DNA of 64,000 nucleotides from an uncultured bacterium (lineage in GTDB: Bacteria > Patescibacteriota > Saccharimonadia > UBA4664). Both the position numbers and the translations under genes were made by a program. Positions within the stretch are counted from its first letter, which is position 1, and each line of letters starts with the position of its first letter. Below the pieces are notes generated by a model that was given only the letters and a program-made list of their open reading frames with translations, searched no databases and had not been told where the DNA came from. The stretch is taken from NCBI GenBank assembly GCA_963740635.1, contig CAVUEQ010000001.1, forward strand, positions 740,840 to 804,839. The letters run 5' to 3'. Of the stretch, positions 46,871 to 56,274 are shown piece after piece.

Positions 46871-49303
46871 CTAGTCGCCGCCCTTGCGCCGGCTCAGGAG
46901 CACGATGGCCACGGCCAGGAGGGCCAGGCCGAGGGTGGCGGAAATAACGTATTTGGGCAGGGCGTAAAAGAAGTCGCGCAACTGGTAGAGGACCTCGGCG
47001 ACCAGGGTGGCGGCGCCCCAGATGGTGAGCAGCCGGTAGTTGATGGACATGCCCAGAAATACCAGCGCCAGCGCAACGCCAATGAGGATGAGGCCGTAGA
47101 CTTGGCCGTCGTCGGCGAGGGCTTGGCCGGCCAGCGGCAGGGTGAGCACGGCCAGGGCCAGGCCCACCAGGCCGTCGTAGGCCTCGTGGCCGCGGTCGCG
47201 GCGGCGGTAGGCCAGGTAGGCAATGTAGGCCGCCCAGGGCAGGGTGTAGGCCTGGGTCTGCGTGACGCCCTCGACCGAGGTGAACCAATTGAAAGCCAGC
47301 ACCAGCACGCCGCCGGCCACCTCGGCCACCACCGGCTGGGCCTGGCGCCGGGCTTCGGCCCACAGCAGGGCGCCGCCGCCCGCCAGCGCCGCGACCGGCG
47401 CCAGGTGCTGCGTTTCCTGGTAGAGGCCGAATAACGAGCCGAGGAACGGCCCGGCCAGCCCGCTGTAGCGCAAGGCCTCGGACCGCCGGGCGTCGGACTC
47501 GGTGTAGCCAAACGCGTACAGGCCGGCTCCGGCCAGCAGGAACAGCAGCGGGCCGGCCACCGCCGGGTCGAGGTGGAAGATGGCGGCCTGCTGCAGGGCG
47601 GCAACATAGAGGCTGATGGCTTCGCCGTACACAAACAGCGGCTGGCCCTCGGTGTAGCTAAGTACGAAAAAGATCACGGCTACCGCGATGGCGACCGCCG
47701 ACAACGCGTTCACCGAAGAAACGGCGGCGGTGAAGACGGCCAGGGCCAGGGCGCTGACGTAGGCGAATACTCCGACCTGCTCGGCCGAATCGGGCCAGCC
47801 GCGCATGAATCTGGTCCACCAGACGAGGGCGGGCACCTCGGCCAGCAGTGCAATGGACACGGCGCTCCACGGCAGGGCGGGGTCGAGATAACCGCGGAAC
47901 AACACGAACGGCAGTGCCAACAGGCTGAGGATGGCGAGGAGGCTAAAGGCGGACTGGCGCAGGCGCAGCGCGAGGTCGGCGTTCACGAGCACGGCGCCGG
48001 CCAGAATAGCGGCGATGACGCCCGGCCGGTCGTACATCACCAGGATGCCGGCCAGGGGCAGCAGGCCGGTCACCATCGCCAGGGTTTCGCGCCAGGTGTG
48101 GCTGAGCTTGCCTGAGGCGGTGTGTTCTATGGCCAGGTAAGCGCTACAGCAGGCCAACATAACGAGCGCGATGGTGAGCCGGCTGGCGGTGTCCCACAGC
48201 CCAATGCCGAGGGCGGCCGGCAGGCTCACGAGGGCGGCGCCCCAGTAGAAGCCGGCGTCGGGGCGGCCGATGAAGCGCTGCGCCATGGCGGCGTAGAAGG
48301 CGCCGGCCAGGGCGATGGTGACGCCGAGCTGAGCCAGGCCGTGGTCGCTGGTGTTGGCCATGGACAGCAGCAAAGACACCGGCACAAACACGTTGGCGCT
48401 CACGAGCAGGGCGCCGGCCGCATCTTCCCAAAACAGTTTGGTGCGCGACAGCGTGAGCAGCAGTATCGACACCGCCCCCATGCCCCAGCCGTACCAATAC
48501 ACCGGCACGTCGAACAGCGAAATGCTGGACTCGAACAGGGACAGCGAAGTGAAAGCCATGAGGTAGGCAATGTAGGTTTGGCGCGTAACCAACAGGGTGA
48601 TGATGTAGGCTACCAGCGTGACGGCCGAGGTCACGAACCAGGTGGCGTGGCCGTGCTCGTGCAGCGAGGTGAAGTTGTAGGCGGCCAGCCCCACCAGCGG
48701 CAGCACCACCAGGCCGATGCCGGTGAACGTAACGCCGGCCGGCCGCAATTTCTTGGACCACAGGTACAGCATCAAGCCGACGGCGTAGAAGGCGGCGGCG
48801 AACAGGCCGAGGAACATGGTTTTGAACACGCCGGACAGGACTTCGAAATTGTAGCCCACAAAAATGCCCGCCGACACCACAATGAGGAAGGCGCCGAGAT
48901 AGAGAATGAGGTTAATGTTGTCCATATTGTGGAACGCCGCGCCGATGTCGGTATTGAGTCCGGTGGCGGGCTTGGTGGCCTCCGGCGCCGGCACCTCCCA
49001 ACTGGCGGTGGTGCCTCGATGTACCACGCCGGCGCCGGTGTCGGCGTGGGCCGGGGCGCCGGGCGGCAGGGCGGCATCGAAGGCGGCGGTGCCGTCAAGA
49101 GCGCCGGCGATGCGCATGAGGCTCTCCACGACCTTGGGCGACTGGCCGAGCGCCGCGGCGCGGACGTCGGCGGCGGCTTTGGCGCGGGCGACCGCGTCGG
49201 CGCTCTTGCCGCCGCGCACCAGCCATTGGATAAACACGACCAGACCAATAATGTAGAACACCGGGCTCGAGAGGGCGATCAAAACTCCCAACAGCAGTTC
49301 CAT
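46871..49303 (-). CDS. Large polytopic membrane protein of unknown function
   Basis: 810 aa, roughly 20 hydrophobic helices, LYLGAFLIV motif. Confidence 0.75.
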   Translation of the reverse strand: MELLLGVLIALSSPVFYIIGLVVFIQWLVRGGKSADAVARAKAAADVRAAALGQSPKVVESLMRIAGALDGTAAFDAALPPGAPAHADTGAGVVHRGTTASWEVPAPEATKPATGLNTDIGAAFHNMDNINLILYLGAFLIVVSAGIFVGYNFEVLSGVFKTMFLGLFAAAFYAVGLMLYLWSKKLRPAGVTFTGIGLVVLPLVGLAAYNFTSLHEHGHATWFVTSAVTLVAYIITLLVTRQTYIAYLMAFTSLSLFESSISLFDVPVYWYGWGMGAVSILLLTLSRTKLFWEDAAGALLVSANVFVPVSLLLSMANTSDHGLAQLGVTIALAGAFYAAMAQRFIGRPDAGFYWGAALVSLPAALGIGLWDTASRLTIALVMLACCSAYLAIEHTASGKLSHTWRETLAMVTGLLPLAGILVMYDRPGVIAAILAGAVLVNADLALRLRQSAFSLLAILSLLALPFVLFRGYLDPALPWSAVSIALLAEVPALVWWTRFMRGWPDSAEQVGVFAYVSALALAVFTAAVSSVNALSAVAIAVAVIFFVLSYTEGQPLFVYGEAISLYVAALQQAAIFHLDPAVAGPLLFLLAGAGLYAFGYTESDARRSEALRYSGLAGPFLGSLFGLYQETQHLAPVAALAGGGALLWAEARRQAQPVVAEVAGGVLVLAFNWFTSVEGVTQTQAYTLPWAAYIAYLAYRRRDRGHEAYDGLVGLALAVLTLPLAGQALADDGQVYGLILIGVALALVFLGMSINYRLLTIWGAATLVAEVLYQLRDFFYALPKYVISATLGLALLAVAIVLLSRRKGGD

Positions 49304-49725
49304 TAGGCGGCCACCTTCTGAATGTGCTTGATGAGGGCGGCCACGGCTGCGAGTGAGGCGCGGGACTGCGCTTCGCTGGCGTCACGGCCCTCGTGGATCA
49401 GATCGTTGCGCAGCTCGGTATGGTCGATGAAGGCGCGCCAGAACGGGGCCTGGCGGATGTCGTCGTTCGAGAGGGCAATGTAGAGCTGCGAAACCTTCGA
49501 ATTGCCGATGTTGTAGTTGATGAGGAAATGCTCAAACGAGCTCTTGAGGTACTCGATGTGGCGGGTGACGTAGAGATGCCGGAGGGTCTTTTCAGTAAAC
49601 AGCTCAACGGCGATTTGAGCGAGAATTATGGCTTCTTTGTACTGCTTTTGGTCATGCGCCGCCTCGGCCGCGGAAAACAGGTTGATGTAGGGATCGTCAG
49701 CGGTGAGGAGAGGTATGAGTGACAT
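49303..49725 (-). CDS. Small helical protein with HEPN-like RNxxxH motif
   Basis: AIILAQIAVE ... LRNDLIHEG. Confidence 0.55.
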   Translation of the reverse strand: MSLIPLLTADDPYINLFSAAEAAHDQKQYKEAIILAQIAVELFTEKTLRHLYVTRHIEYLKSSFEHFLINYNIGNSKVSQLYIALSNDDIRQAPFWRAFIDHTELRNDLIHEGRDASEAQSRASLAAVAALIKHIQKVAA

Positions 49726-49830
49726 CTTGAGCGAATTGTAGCACAAGAGCTTAAAAGGAGAACGGCCGCAAGGCCCCCAAGTGAATGGGGACCCTGCGGC
49801 CGCAGGGCGGGCTCACTCGGGGAGTGAGGG

Positions 49831-50205
49831 TCAGTTGCAGACGTCGCAGTCAAAGAACGAATCGCAGAGGCTGTCGCCCCCCTGGCTGGCGGCGGTGATG
49901 CCGTAGTAGAAGAAGCCCAGGGCCCAGATCCAGGCTGAGCGCAGGACATGGGTGAGGATGGTGCCACAGATGAAGCGAGCGCCCTGGACGGCGCCGAACA
50001 TGCGCACAACCTGCAGAGCGCGGGTCGAGCAATTCTCGGTCCACCGGCGCTTGCAGAACTCCCGGCCGGCTGAGATGTACCGCTTGTACAGGCGGATGGC
50101 CAATGCCAGCGCCCAGGCCGCCGGCGTGCGGACTCTCTTGGCGCCATCAGGCATCGGGGGCAGGGGTGGCAGTTTGAACAGGTGATCCATTAGTGGTCGG
50201 GACAT
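49831..50205 (-). CDS. YidD-like (haemolytic domain) protein with Cys/Asp tail
   Basis: IRLYKRYIS....CK.....CS..A......FG pattern; followed by hairpins at 49763-49828. Confidence 0.6.
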   Translation of the reverse strand: MSRPLMDHLFKLPPLPPMPDGAKRVRTPAAWALALAIRLYKRYISAGREFCKRRWTENCSTRALQVVRMFGAVQGARFICGTILTHVLRSAWIWALGFFYYGITAASQGGDSLCDSFFDCDVCN

Positions 50206-51079
50206 GACGCTTCCTCTTTTCGGATGGGATGGATCTGTCGGTAAGGCTGAGCACCTTCTTGCGCTCGGCCGTCATGTAAGGTTCGGCACCAAAAATGGGC
50301 CTAGGTAAGACCAACCTGGGTCGCGGCAGCAGCCGCAATTTTGGGCGGAGGTGCCGGCCAACTCGTGGATCGCTGGCGGCCAGCTTCACGGCTTGAAGCA
50401 TACACCACGCGAGGAGAACTCGCCGGTTCGATTTGCACGGCCGCACACGAGAGCGGCGATGGGTGAAATCAGTGCGCAGGTCGTACCAATGGTCCATGAT
50501 CACGCCGGCGGCCGTGATGTGGCCGAACGCTCGCACGAACCGGCCGTACGCCTGCTGGTCTGAGCGTTCTTCCGCGGTGGCGCATAGGCCGGCGAGACTG
50601 GCGGTCAGCCGGCTCTCGCGCCCCAGTACCCGGCCGTACATGAACACACTGCGCTTCCTGGCCTTGACGGGCGCCAGATCGGCGACGGACAGGGCCATGT
50701 CGACAAGTTCGTCCCGAGCGTCTTGGCCGAGCTCGCGCAGGGCATTGTTGCACAGAGCCATTAGCGGCGGCAGGTCTGGGTGGACCCATTCCGGGAACTC
50801 GCAGGCGAGCGGATCCTGGGCCTCCAATAGCTCTTGGTAGCATCTTCGCGCCTCCGCTTCCTGGCCAGGCGGATGCTCGTCGAGCAGCTCGTCGAGGCGG
50901 TAGGCCAGCGCCCAGATCCGCATCCAGCGCTCCTGGGTTTCGCTGCTGGGGTGAAGGCCGCACCAGCGCGCAAAGTAGTAGGCGTAAATCGCGATAGCGT
51001 ACCACCCGGGGTGGGAACGCCATACCGCCTCATACGGCAGCCCGGCGTCGCCTTTGAAATCGTGGTATTTCGCCCGCAT
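50147..51079 (-). CDS. Isoprenoid-synthase-fold-like hypothetical protein
   Basis: LDELLD and MDHWYDLRTD Asp-rich motifs; GAGGAGG RBS; TTGCTA-N17-TATCGT promoter. Confidence 0.5.
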   Translation of the reverse strand: MRAKYHDFKGDAGLPYEAVWRSHPGWYAIAIYAYYFARWCGLHPSSETQERWMRIWALAYRLDELLDEHPPGQEAEARRCYQELLEAQDPLACEFPEWVHPDLPPLMALCNNALRELGQDARDELVDMALSVADLAPVKARKRSVFMYGRVLGRESRLTASLAGLCATAEERSDQQAYGRFVRAFGHITAAGVIMDHWYDLRTDFTHRRSRVRPCKSNRRVLLAWCMLQAVKLAASDPRVGRHLRPKLRLLPRPRLVLPRPIFGAEPYMTAERKKVLSLTDRSIPSEKRKRHVPTTNGSPVQTATPAPDA

Positions 51080-51282
51080 GGCGGTTACCTCCTCTCAACA
51101 GGTCTCGTATCAAACAACTTCGATTAGAAATTTCGACCAGGCTACGATACAACTAAGTGCGAGGAATAGCAATCTACTCGCGGTCCGAATGTGCTGTTCT
51201 TTGTATGGGTGATTTGTGTGTTCCTGAATTGTTCGGTAAATGTTTGCTTATATACGAAGATGTACTAAAATGTAAGTACAAA

Positions 51283-51352
51283 TGATTCGCTTTCCGAACT
51301 GTCACCGTATGGTGTGCGTGTCTGGGACATCCAGACTAGGAGGCGGATCGCT
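51283..51352 (-). ncRNA. Candidate DUF3800-associated RNA motif
   Basis: Immediately after the DUF3800 stop: TCCG/CGGA closing stem enclosing GTCTGG/CCAGAC and CACC/GGTG hairpins. Confidence 0.6.
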
Positions 51353-51354
51353 TG

Positions 51355-51972
51355 TTATTTAAAACGCCAAATATTTTCGATTCGTTTTTTAACTATTCGT
51401 TGATACTCATCATCGCCGGAATTGACAGTATGATAGATCGATCCGGAGAGCATGTCCGCTAGCTGGATCAGTACGTTCTCTTTTGAATCTACGAACCTTA
51501 GAGATTTGATTATTCTGTCATCTCCCTGATTGAGCTGAGCCCTCAAGTACGATCCAGCTGCTCGCTTATACGTTCTGTCGCCTCGTCCGTCGAGCTTAAT
51601 CTTGGCGTCGATAATTTTGCCTTTTGCATCTTTAAGCAACAACTTTATGGCATAGTTATAAAACGAAGCGCGGTTATGCTTAAGTTCCTCACTGTTGATG
51701 ATTGACTTATCAATTACCAGAGCTCGGACTCGGAAATTATTCCCGCTTACCCTTTTGAGAAATGCTTGTTTTGTTTGGGCGTTTGCTCTGTTGAAATGAA
51801 ATTCGTGGGAGTCCGGGCGCTTCAGCTCCCGTCTGAGTAATTTAATATCTACCGCAGTTTTCTCGGCAGCTAGATCATCCTCAAAGATAACCGCGACTAG
51901 TACGAAGTATTTTGTGGAGCCCCTGTTGATTTTAAAGCCAGCGTCGCCAGATTCATCGATAAAGACCAACAT
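51355..51972 (-). CDS. DUF3800 domain protein (RNase H-like fold)
   Basis: MLVFIDESG ... LDG ... DSKENVLIQLAD; AT-rich relative to flanks. Confidence 0.9.
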   Translation of the reverse strand: MLVFIDESGDAGFKINRGSTKYFVLVAVIFEDDLAAEKTAVDIKLLRRELKRPDSHEFHFNRANAQTKQAFLKRVSGNNFRVRALVIDKSIINSEELKHNRASFYNYAIKLLLKDAKGKIIDAKIKLDGRGDRTYKRAAGSYLRAQLNQGDDRIIKSLRFVDSKENVLIQLADMLSGSIYHTVNSGDDEYQRIVKKRIENIWRFK

Positions 51973-51977
51973 CTGGC

Positions 51978-54200
51978 TTACTCGACCTTCTCGATGGGCG
52001 CGAAGCTGAGGCTGAGGCGCTTGGTGCCGAGGCCCTGGAAGGTGGCCGTGACTTCGTCGCCGGAGACGCCGGCCACAATGCCGTCGCCGAATTTGGTGTG
52101 GCGGATGCGGTCGCCGGGGGCGAGGTCGAGGCCGAGCATGGCCTCGCGGTGGTCGGCGGCAGCGGCCTCGGTGGTGGCGCCGGTGCCGTGCATGGGCTGC
52201 GGGCTCCAGCTGCCGGCGCCGGCGGCGTGTCCGGCAGCGGCGGTGGTAAGGCCGCGCGCGGTGGCGGACCATTCGCTGCCGGAATCCTGGAGCTCGGGCG
52301 GGATCTCGAGCAGGAAACGGCTGGGCGGGTTGTGGTTGGTGGTGCCGTAGAGCAAGCGCGAGTTGGCGTAGAGCAGGAACAGACGCTCTTTGGCGCGGGT
52401 GAAGCCCACGTAGCACAGGCGGCGCTCCTCTTCCATTTGCTCCCCGTCGAAAAGGGCTCTGGAATGCGGAAATATCCCCTCCTCCGCGCCCGGGATGAAC
52501 ACCACGGGGAATTCCAGCCCCTTGGCGGAATGCAGCGTCATGAGGGTGACGGCGTTGGACTCGGCGGAATAATTGTCGACGTCGGCGATGAGGGCGATTT
52601 CTTCGAGGAAGGCTTCGAGAGTGAGCTCGTTGTAGGTCTCGGCCACGCTGAGCAATTCTTTGACGTTTTCGATGCGGTCGGCGGCGGGAATGGAGCCGTC
52701 GTCGAGGAAGGTGAGGTAGCCGGAGCGCTTGAGCACGAGGCTGAGCAGCGGGCCGGTGGCGAGTTTTTGGCTCTCGGCGCGCAGGCCGTCGATGAGGTTG
52801 GCGAAGGCATGGAGGGAGTTGACCGCCTTGGGCTGCAGGCCGGGGCAGAGGTCGGCGCGGCGGCAGGCCTCGAGCAGGCCGATGGATTGCTGAGTGCGCC
52901 AGGACTCGAGCCGGTCGAGGCTGACCTCGCCGAGGCCGCGGGCCGGCAGGTTGATGATGCGGGCGAAGCTGGCGGAGTCGTCGGGCTGGTAGATGAAGCG
53001 CAGGTAGGCTAGCGCGTCTTTGATCTCTTTGCGCTCGTAGAAGCGGGTGCCGCCGATGATTTTGTATGGCATGCCGGCGCGCAGGAAGCCCTCTTCGAGC
53101 GACCGCGATTGGGCGTTGGTGCGGTAGAGCACGGCGAAATCGTAGAGCTCGCGTTTGTCGGCGGCCCGCAGCTGCTGAACGCGCGCCACGATAGTCTCGG
53201 CCTCCTGGATTTCGTTGTATACATTTATGATACCGATGCCGGTGCCGTCGCCGCGGTCGGTCCAGAGCTTTTTCTCACTGCGGACGCGGTTTTTGGTGAT
53301 GACGGCGTGGGCGGCGTCGAGGATTCGCTTGGTGGAGCGGTAATTCTGCTCCAGTTTGATGACTGTAGCTTGCGGGTAGTCCTTTTCGAAGTCGAGGATG
53401 TTCTGGAAATTGGCGCCGCGCCAAGAATAAATCGATTGCCAGTCGTCCCCAACTACACAAAGATTATGTGGTTTTGTCAAGGCCAGGAGTTTGGTTATTT
53501 GGTACTGGGCGTGGTTGGTGTCCTGGTATTCGTCGACTAAGATGTAGCGGAATTGCTGTTGGTATTTCGCTAGGATGTCCGGGTGGTCGCGGAACATTTG
53601 GACGGTGCGGAAAATGAGGTCGTCGAAGTCCAGCGCCCCGGCGTCGGTGAGGAGCTTTTGGTAGACGGGATACACTTTGGCGGCGGCCACTTGCGCCCGG
53701 CCGGTGGCGAGCTTGGTGTATTGGGCCGGGCTGATGAGCTCGTTTTTGGCGCTGGAAATGAGGTTTTGGATGAGGCTGGGGGTGAGCTGCTTGTCGTCGA
53801 TGCCGAGACCCCGCATGGCGCGCTTGATGGCGGACTGCGAATCGGCGGTGTCGAAAATGAGGAAATTAGAGGCCAGGCCAATGTCCGCCGCCTCGCGGCG
53901 CAGCAGTCGCAGGCAGATGGAGTGGAAGGTGCCGATGAACGGGAAGTAGCTGCGGCTCTCGGGGTCGCGGCCCAGCAGGCGCAGCACGCGGCCGCGCATT
54001 TCGCCGGCGGCCTTGTTGGTGAAGGTGACGGCCAGGATATTGACCGGCGGCACGTGCTTTTCGGCCACCAGGTAGGCCACGCGATGCGTGAGGGCTTTGG
54101 TTTTGCCCGAGCCGGCGCCGGCCAATATCAGCACCGGCCCCTCAGTGGTCTCGGCGGCGACGCGCTGCTGGTCATTGAGTTCTGACAGGAGTGGATGCAC
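51978..54200 (-). CDS. pcrA: ATP-dependent DNA helicase PcrA/UvrD
   Basis: AGAGSGKT, DEYQDTN, VGDDWQSIYSWRGA, TLHSAKGLEF, EEERRLCYV, C-terminal Tudor-like domain; GTG start at 54200. Confidence 0.96.
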   Translation of the reverse strand: MHPLLSELNDQQRVAAETTEGPVLILAGAGSGKTKALTHRVAYLVAEKHVPPVNILAVTFTNKAAGEMRGRVLRLLGRDPESRSYFPFIGTFHSICLRLLRREAADIGLASNFLIFDTADSQSAIKRAMRGLGIDDKQLTPSLIQNLISSAKNELISPAQYTKLATGRAQVAAAKVYPVYQKLLTDAGALDFDDLIFRTVQMFRDHPDILAKYQQQFRYILVDEYQDTNHAQYQITKLLALTKPHNLCVVGDDWQSIYSWRGANFQNILDFEKDYPQATVIKLEQNYRSTKRILDAAHAVITKNRVRSEKKLWTDRGDGTGIGIINVYNEIQEAETIVARVQQLRAADKRELYDFAVLYRTNAQSRSLEEGFLRAGMPYKIIGGTRFYERKEIKDALAYLRFIYQPDDSASFARIINLPARGLGEVSLDRLESWRTQQSIGLLEACRRADLCPGLQPKAVNSLHAFANLIDGLRAESQKLATGPLLSLVLKRSGYLTFLDDGSIPAADRIENVKELLSVAETYNELTLEAFLEEIALIADVDNYSAESNAVTLMTLHSAKGLEFPVVFIPGAEEGIFPHSRALFDGEQMEEERRLCYVGFTRAKERLFLLYANSRLLYGTTNHNPPSRFLLEIPPELQDSGSEWSATARGLTTAAAGHAAGAGSWSPQPMHGTGATTEAAAADHREAMLGLDLAPGDRIRHTKFGDGIVAGVSGDEVTATFQGLGTKRLSLSFAPIEKVE

Positions 54201-54303
54201 TATCCGATGATACCGTAGATCGGCAGATCTTGCCCCGCCAGCGGTTTCAGTTAATAATGGCTTATCGCTCATCACCGGCACTTCTACAGAAAGAGAGACC
54301 AAG

Positions 54304-54648
54304 ATGCTGCGATTTATCCCCCTAATTGTCGTCGGCTGGATCGCCTGCGGGATGGCAGGCCAGGTATTGGCGGTTTACATCCACGGGGTCCAGACCAATC
54401 TGGAACGAGGGCTCAATGTGGCACTTGGGCTCGTGACCCTCCTGAGCGCCATCCGGCCGGCCATCCGCGTGAGTCGCGGCAAGTATTTGCGCTTCGTCGT
54501 CGTGGCGTTGAACGCCGAATACCACTTCGGGCAAGGACAGACCATTTGGGGTAGGAAGCGGGTTCGAACGCGAGCTTCAGGCTTCGCGGCCATCAAGAGC
54601 TACCGTGAGCAGCAACCCAGGGCGCAGAGCGCAGACGCCCGACAATGA
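54304..54648 (+). CDS. Hypothetical two-TM protein (stand-alone unit)
   Basis: 114-aa ORF, purine-rich RBS, hairpin at ~54647-54689. Confidence 0.55.
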   Translation: MLRFIPLIVVGWIACGMAGQVLAVYIHGVQTNLERGLNVALGLVTLLSAIRPAIRVSRGKYLRFVVVALNAEYHFGQGQTIWGRKRVRTRASGFAAIKSYREQQPRAQSADARQ

Positions 54649-54712
54649 CCCCGTGAGGAGGCTCGACCCGGGACCCTTCGCGGGGTTTCGGCATTTTTGG
54701 GATCAGGCCGGT

Positions 54713-56248
54713 CTAATTGGCGTTGGTGAGTTCGAAGGTGGCCGTGGTGCAGGGCGCCACCGGGTTGATGACATTGGCCCCGGTGTCGGCGGCATTTTCG
54801 AGGCAGGCGGACAGGGTGTAGGTGGTGGCAGAATTGGCCGGGGTGTAGGTGTAGACGTAGGGCGATTTGCCGGTGGGGTCGGTGGGGATGGTTTTGAAGA
54901 TCGGCGGACTTGAGGCGTCGCCCTTGGTGAGATCGGCCAGCTTATTGGGGTACATATTATTGTTCACGAAATATTCTTCCAGCCCTTTGCGGATGGTGGT
55001 GAGGTCGGTTTTGCGCTGGGTGTCGTGGGCTTTTTGCTGCGCCGTGGCGGTGGTGTGCGGCACGTTGGTGCGGGTGGTGTCGGGGCTTTGGGTGTCATCG
55101 GTGCCGCCCTCGAAAGCCGTCAGCAATTCGGAGGCGTCTTTGGCGCCGGAGGGGGCTTCGATTTTGGCCGGCTGGTTGTAGGAGCCGGTATCGAAAGTTT
55201 CGGCGGTTTTGGACTTGGAATCGGAGGAGTCGGAGGTGCTCACCCGCAGGCGGTCTTTCGACCAGCCGCGCCAGAGGTCGTAACTGATCGTGAGGGTTTT
55301 GAAATCGTCGGCGGACAGGTCGAGTTGGCAGTCGGCAGGCAGTTTTTTGTTGGCGTCGTCGACGGCTTGCTTGATCTTGGAATTATCCACGGTACCAACA
55401 AAATGCAGCATGGGAGAGCCATTAATGGTCTCGATTCCCTTAAAGGCAGCTCCTTTCACCGGAATCCTGGTGAGGATTGAACTGCCGAATAAGGCGCCGG
55501 AATCTTTTTTGTTATCGAGGCACTTGTTGGCCGAGTCGCCGGACGAGCCGAGGTCGTATTTGTACCAGTCGTTGGGGATCTTCGTGGGGAAGAAGGCGGA
55601 GAGCAGGGAGAAACTCTCGATCTTAAAGTAGACTACTTGGGACAGCAGGCGGAGTTGGCCCGCGATAGAACCCTGGGAGGCGGGCGTGACGACGACGCCG
55701 GTCGAGGAAGATGTACCGTTAACGCTTACGTCGGCGGCCGGCTTGGATTTGTCGGTGAGGTCATATTTGCCCGACAGTTTGATGGAAAAACGGCCGCCGT
55801 CGTAGTCGTATGAGACGTCGGAGGCGAAGGTGGCGGTTTTGGCCGCGACGAGCCGGCCGAGATAGGCCGACAGGGCCGACTGCGGCGCCAGGAAGAACAA
55901 GTAACCCGCGGCGGCGGCGAGTCCGACCACCAGGAGGAGGCCGATGGTAAGCAGGAGGGCTTTGCGCGGGAAGCGGCGGCCGCGTTTTGGCTGCGGGAGT
56001 TCGCCGGGGCCGGATCCGGAGGTCAGCGGGGCCGGTTCGCCGGGGACGAAGGGGGCGGCTGCCGGGGTCGCGGCGGGAGTTGGCGCGGGGGCTGGGTCTG
56101 TGACAGCCGGCGCCGGCTGCCCGGTTGGAACCGGCTGCCCGGCCCGGTCAGCGAGCCCGGCCGGGCCTGGTTCCAGGTGGCCGCACGCCAGACACAGCCA
56201 CCCGCGGGCAGATTGGGTCATATCGTGGCCGCATTGGGTGCATTTCAT
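54713..56248 (-). CDS. Zn-ribbon, TM, beta-rich domain, pilin/GspG-like C-terminal domain
   Basis: CTQC..CLAC N-terminus; HDTQRKTDLTTIRKGLEEYF....YP...PTDP...Y.Y...LEN. Confidence 0.75.
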   Translation of the reverse strand: MKCTQCGHDMTQSARGWLCLACGHLEPGPAGLADRAGQPVPTGQPAPAVTDPAPAPTPAATPAAAPFVPGEPAPLTSGSGPGELPQPKRGRRFPRKALLLTIGLLLVVGLAAAAGYLFFLAPQSALSAYLGRLVAAKTATFASDVSYDYDGGRFSIKLSGKYDLTDKSKPAADVSVNGTSSSTGVVVTPASQGSIAGQLRLLSQVVYFKIESFSLLSAFFPTKIPNDWYKYDLGSSGDSANKCLDNKKDSGALFGSSILTRIPVKGAAFKGIETINGSPMLHFVGTVDNSKIKQAVDDANKKLPADCQLDLSADDFKTLTISYDLWRGWSKDRLRVSTSDSSDSKSKTAETFDTGSYNQPAKIEAPSGAKDASELLTAFEGGTDDTQSPDTTRTNVPHTTATAQQKAHDTQRKTDLTTIRKGLEEYFVNNNMYPNKLADLTKGDASSPPIFKTIPTDPTGKSPYVYTYTPANSATTYTLSACLENAADTGANVINPVAPCTTATFELTNAN

Positions 56249-56274
56249 ATTGGCTAAGGGTTAGAAACCCGGTC

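Noticed and set aside
51355-52416. 353-aa ORF as a DUF3800 fusion
   Set aside because: The N-terminal part is an out-of-frame read of the pcrA 3' end; the real start is the ATG at 51972.
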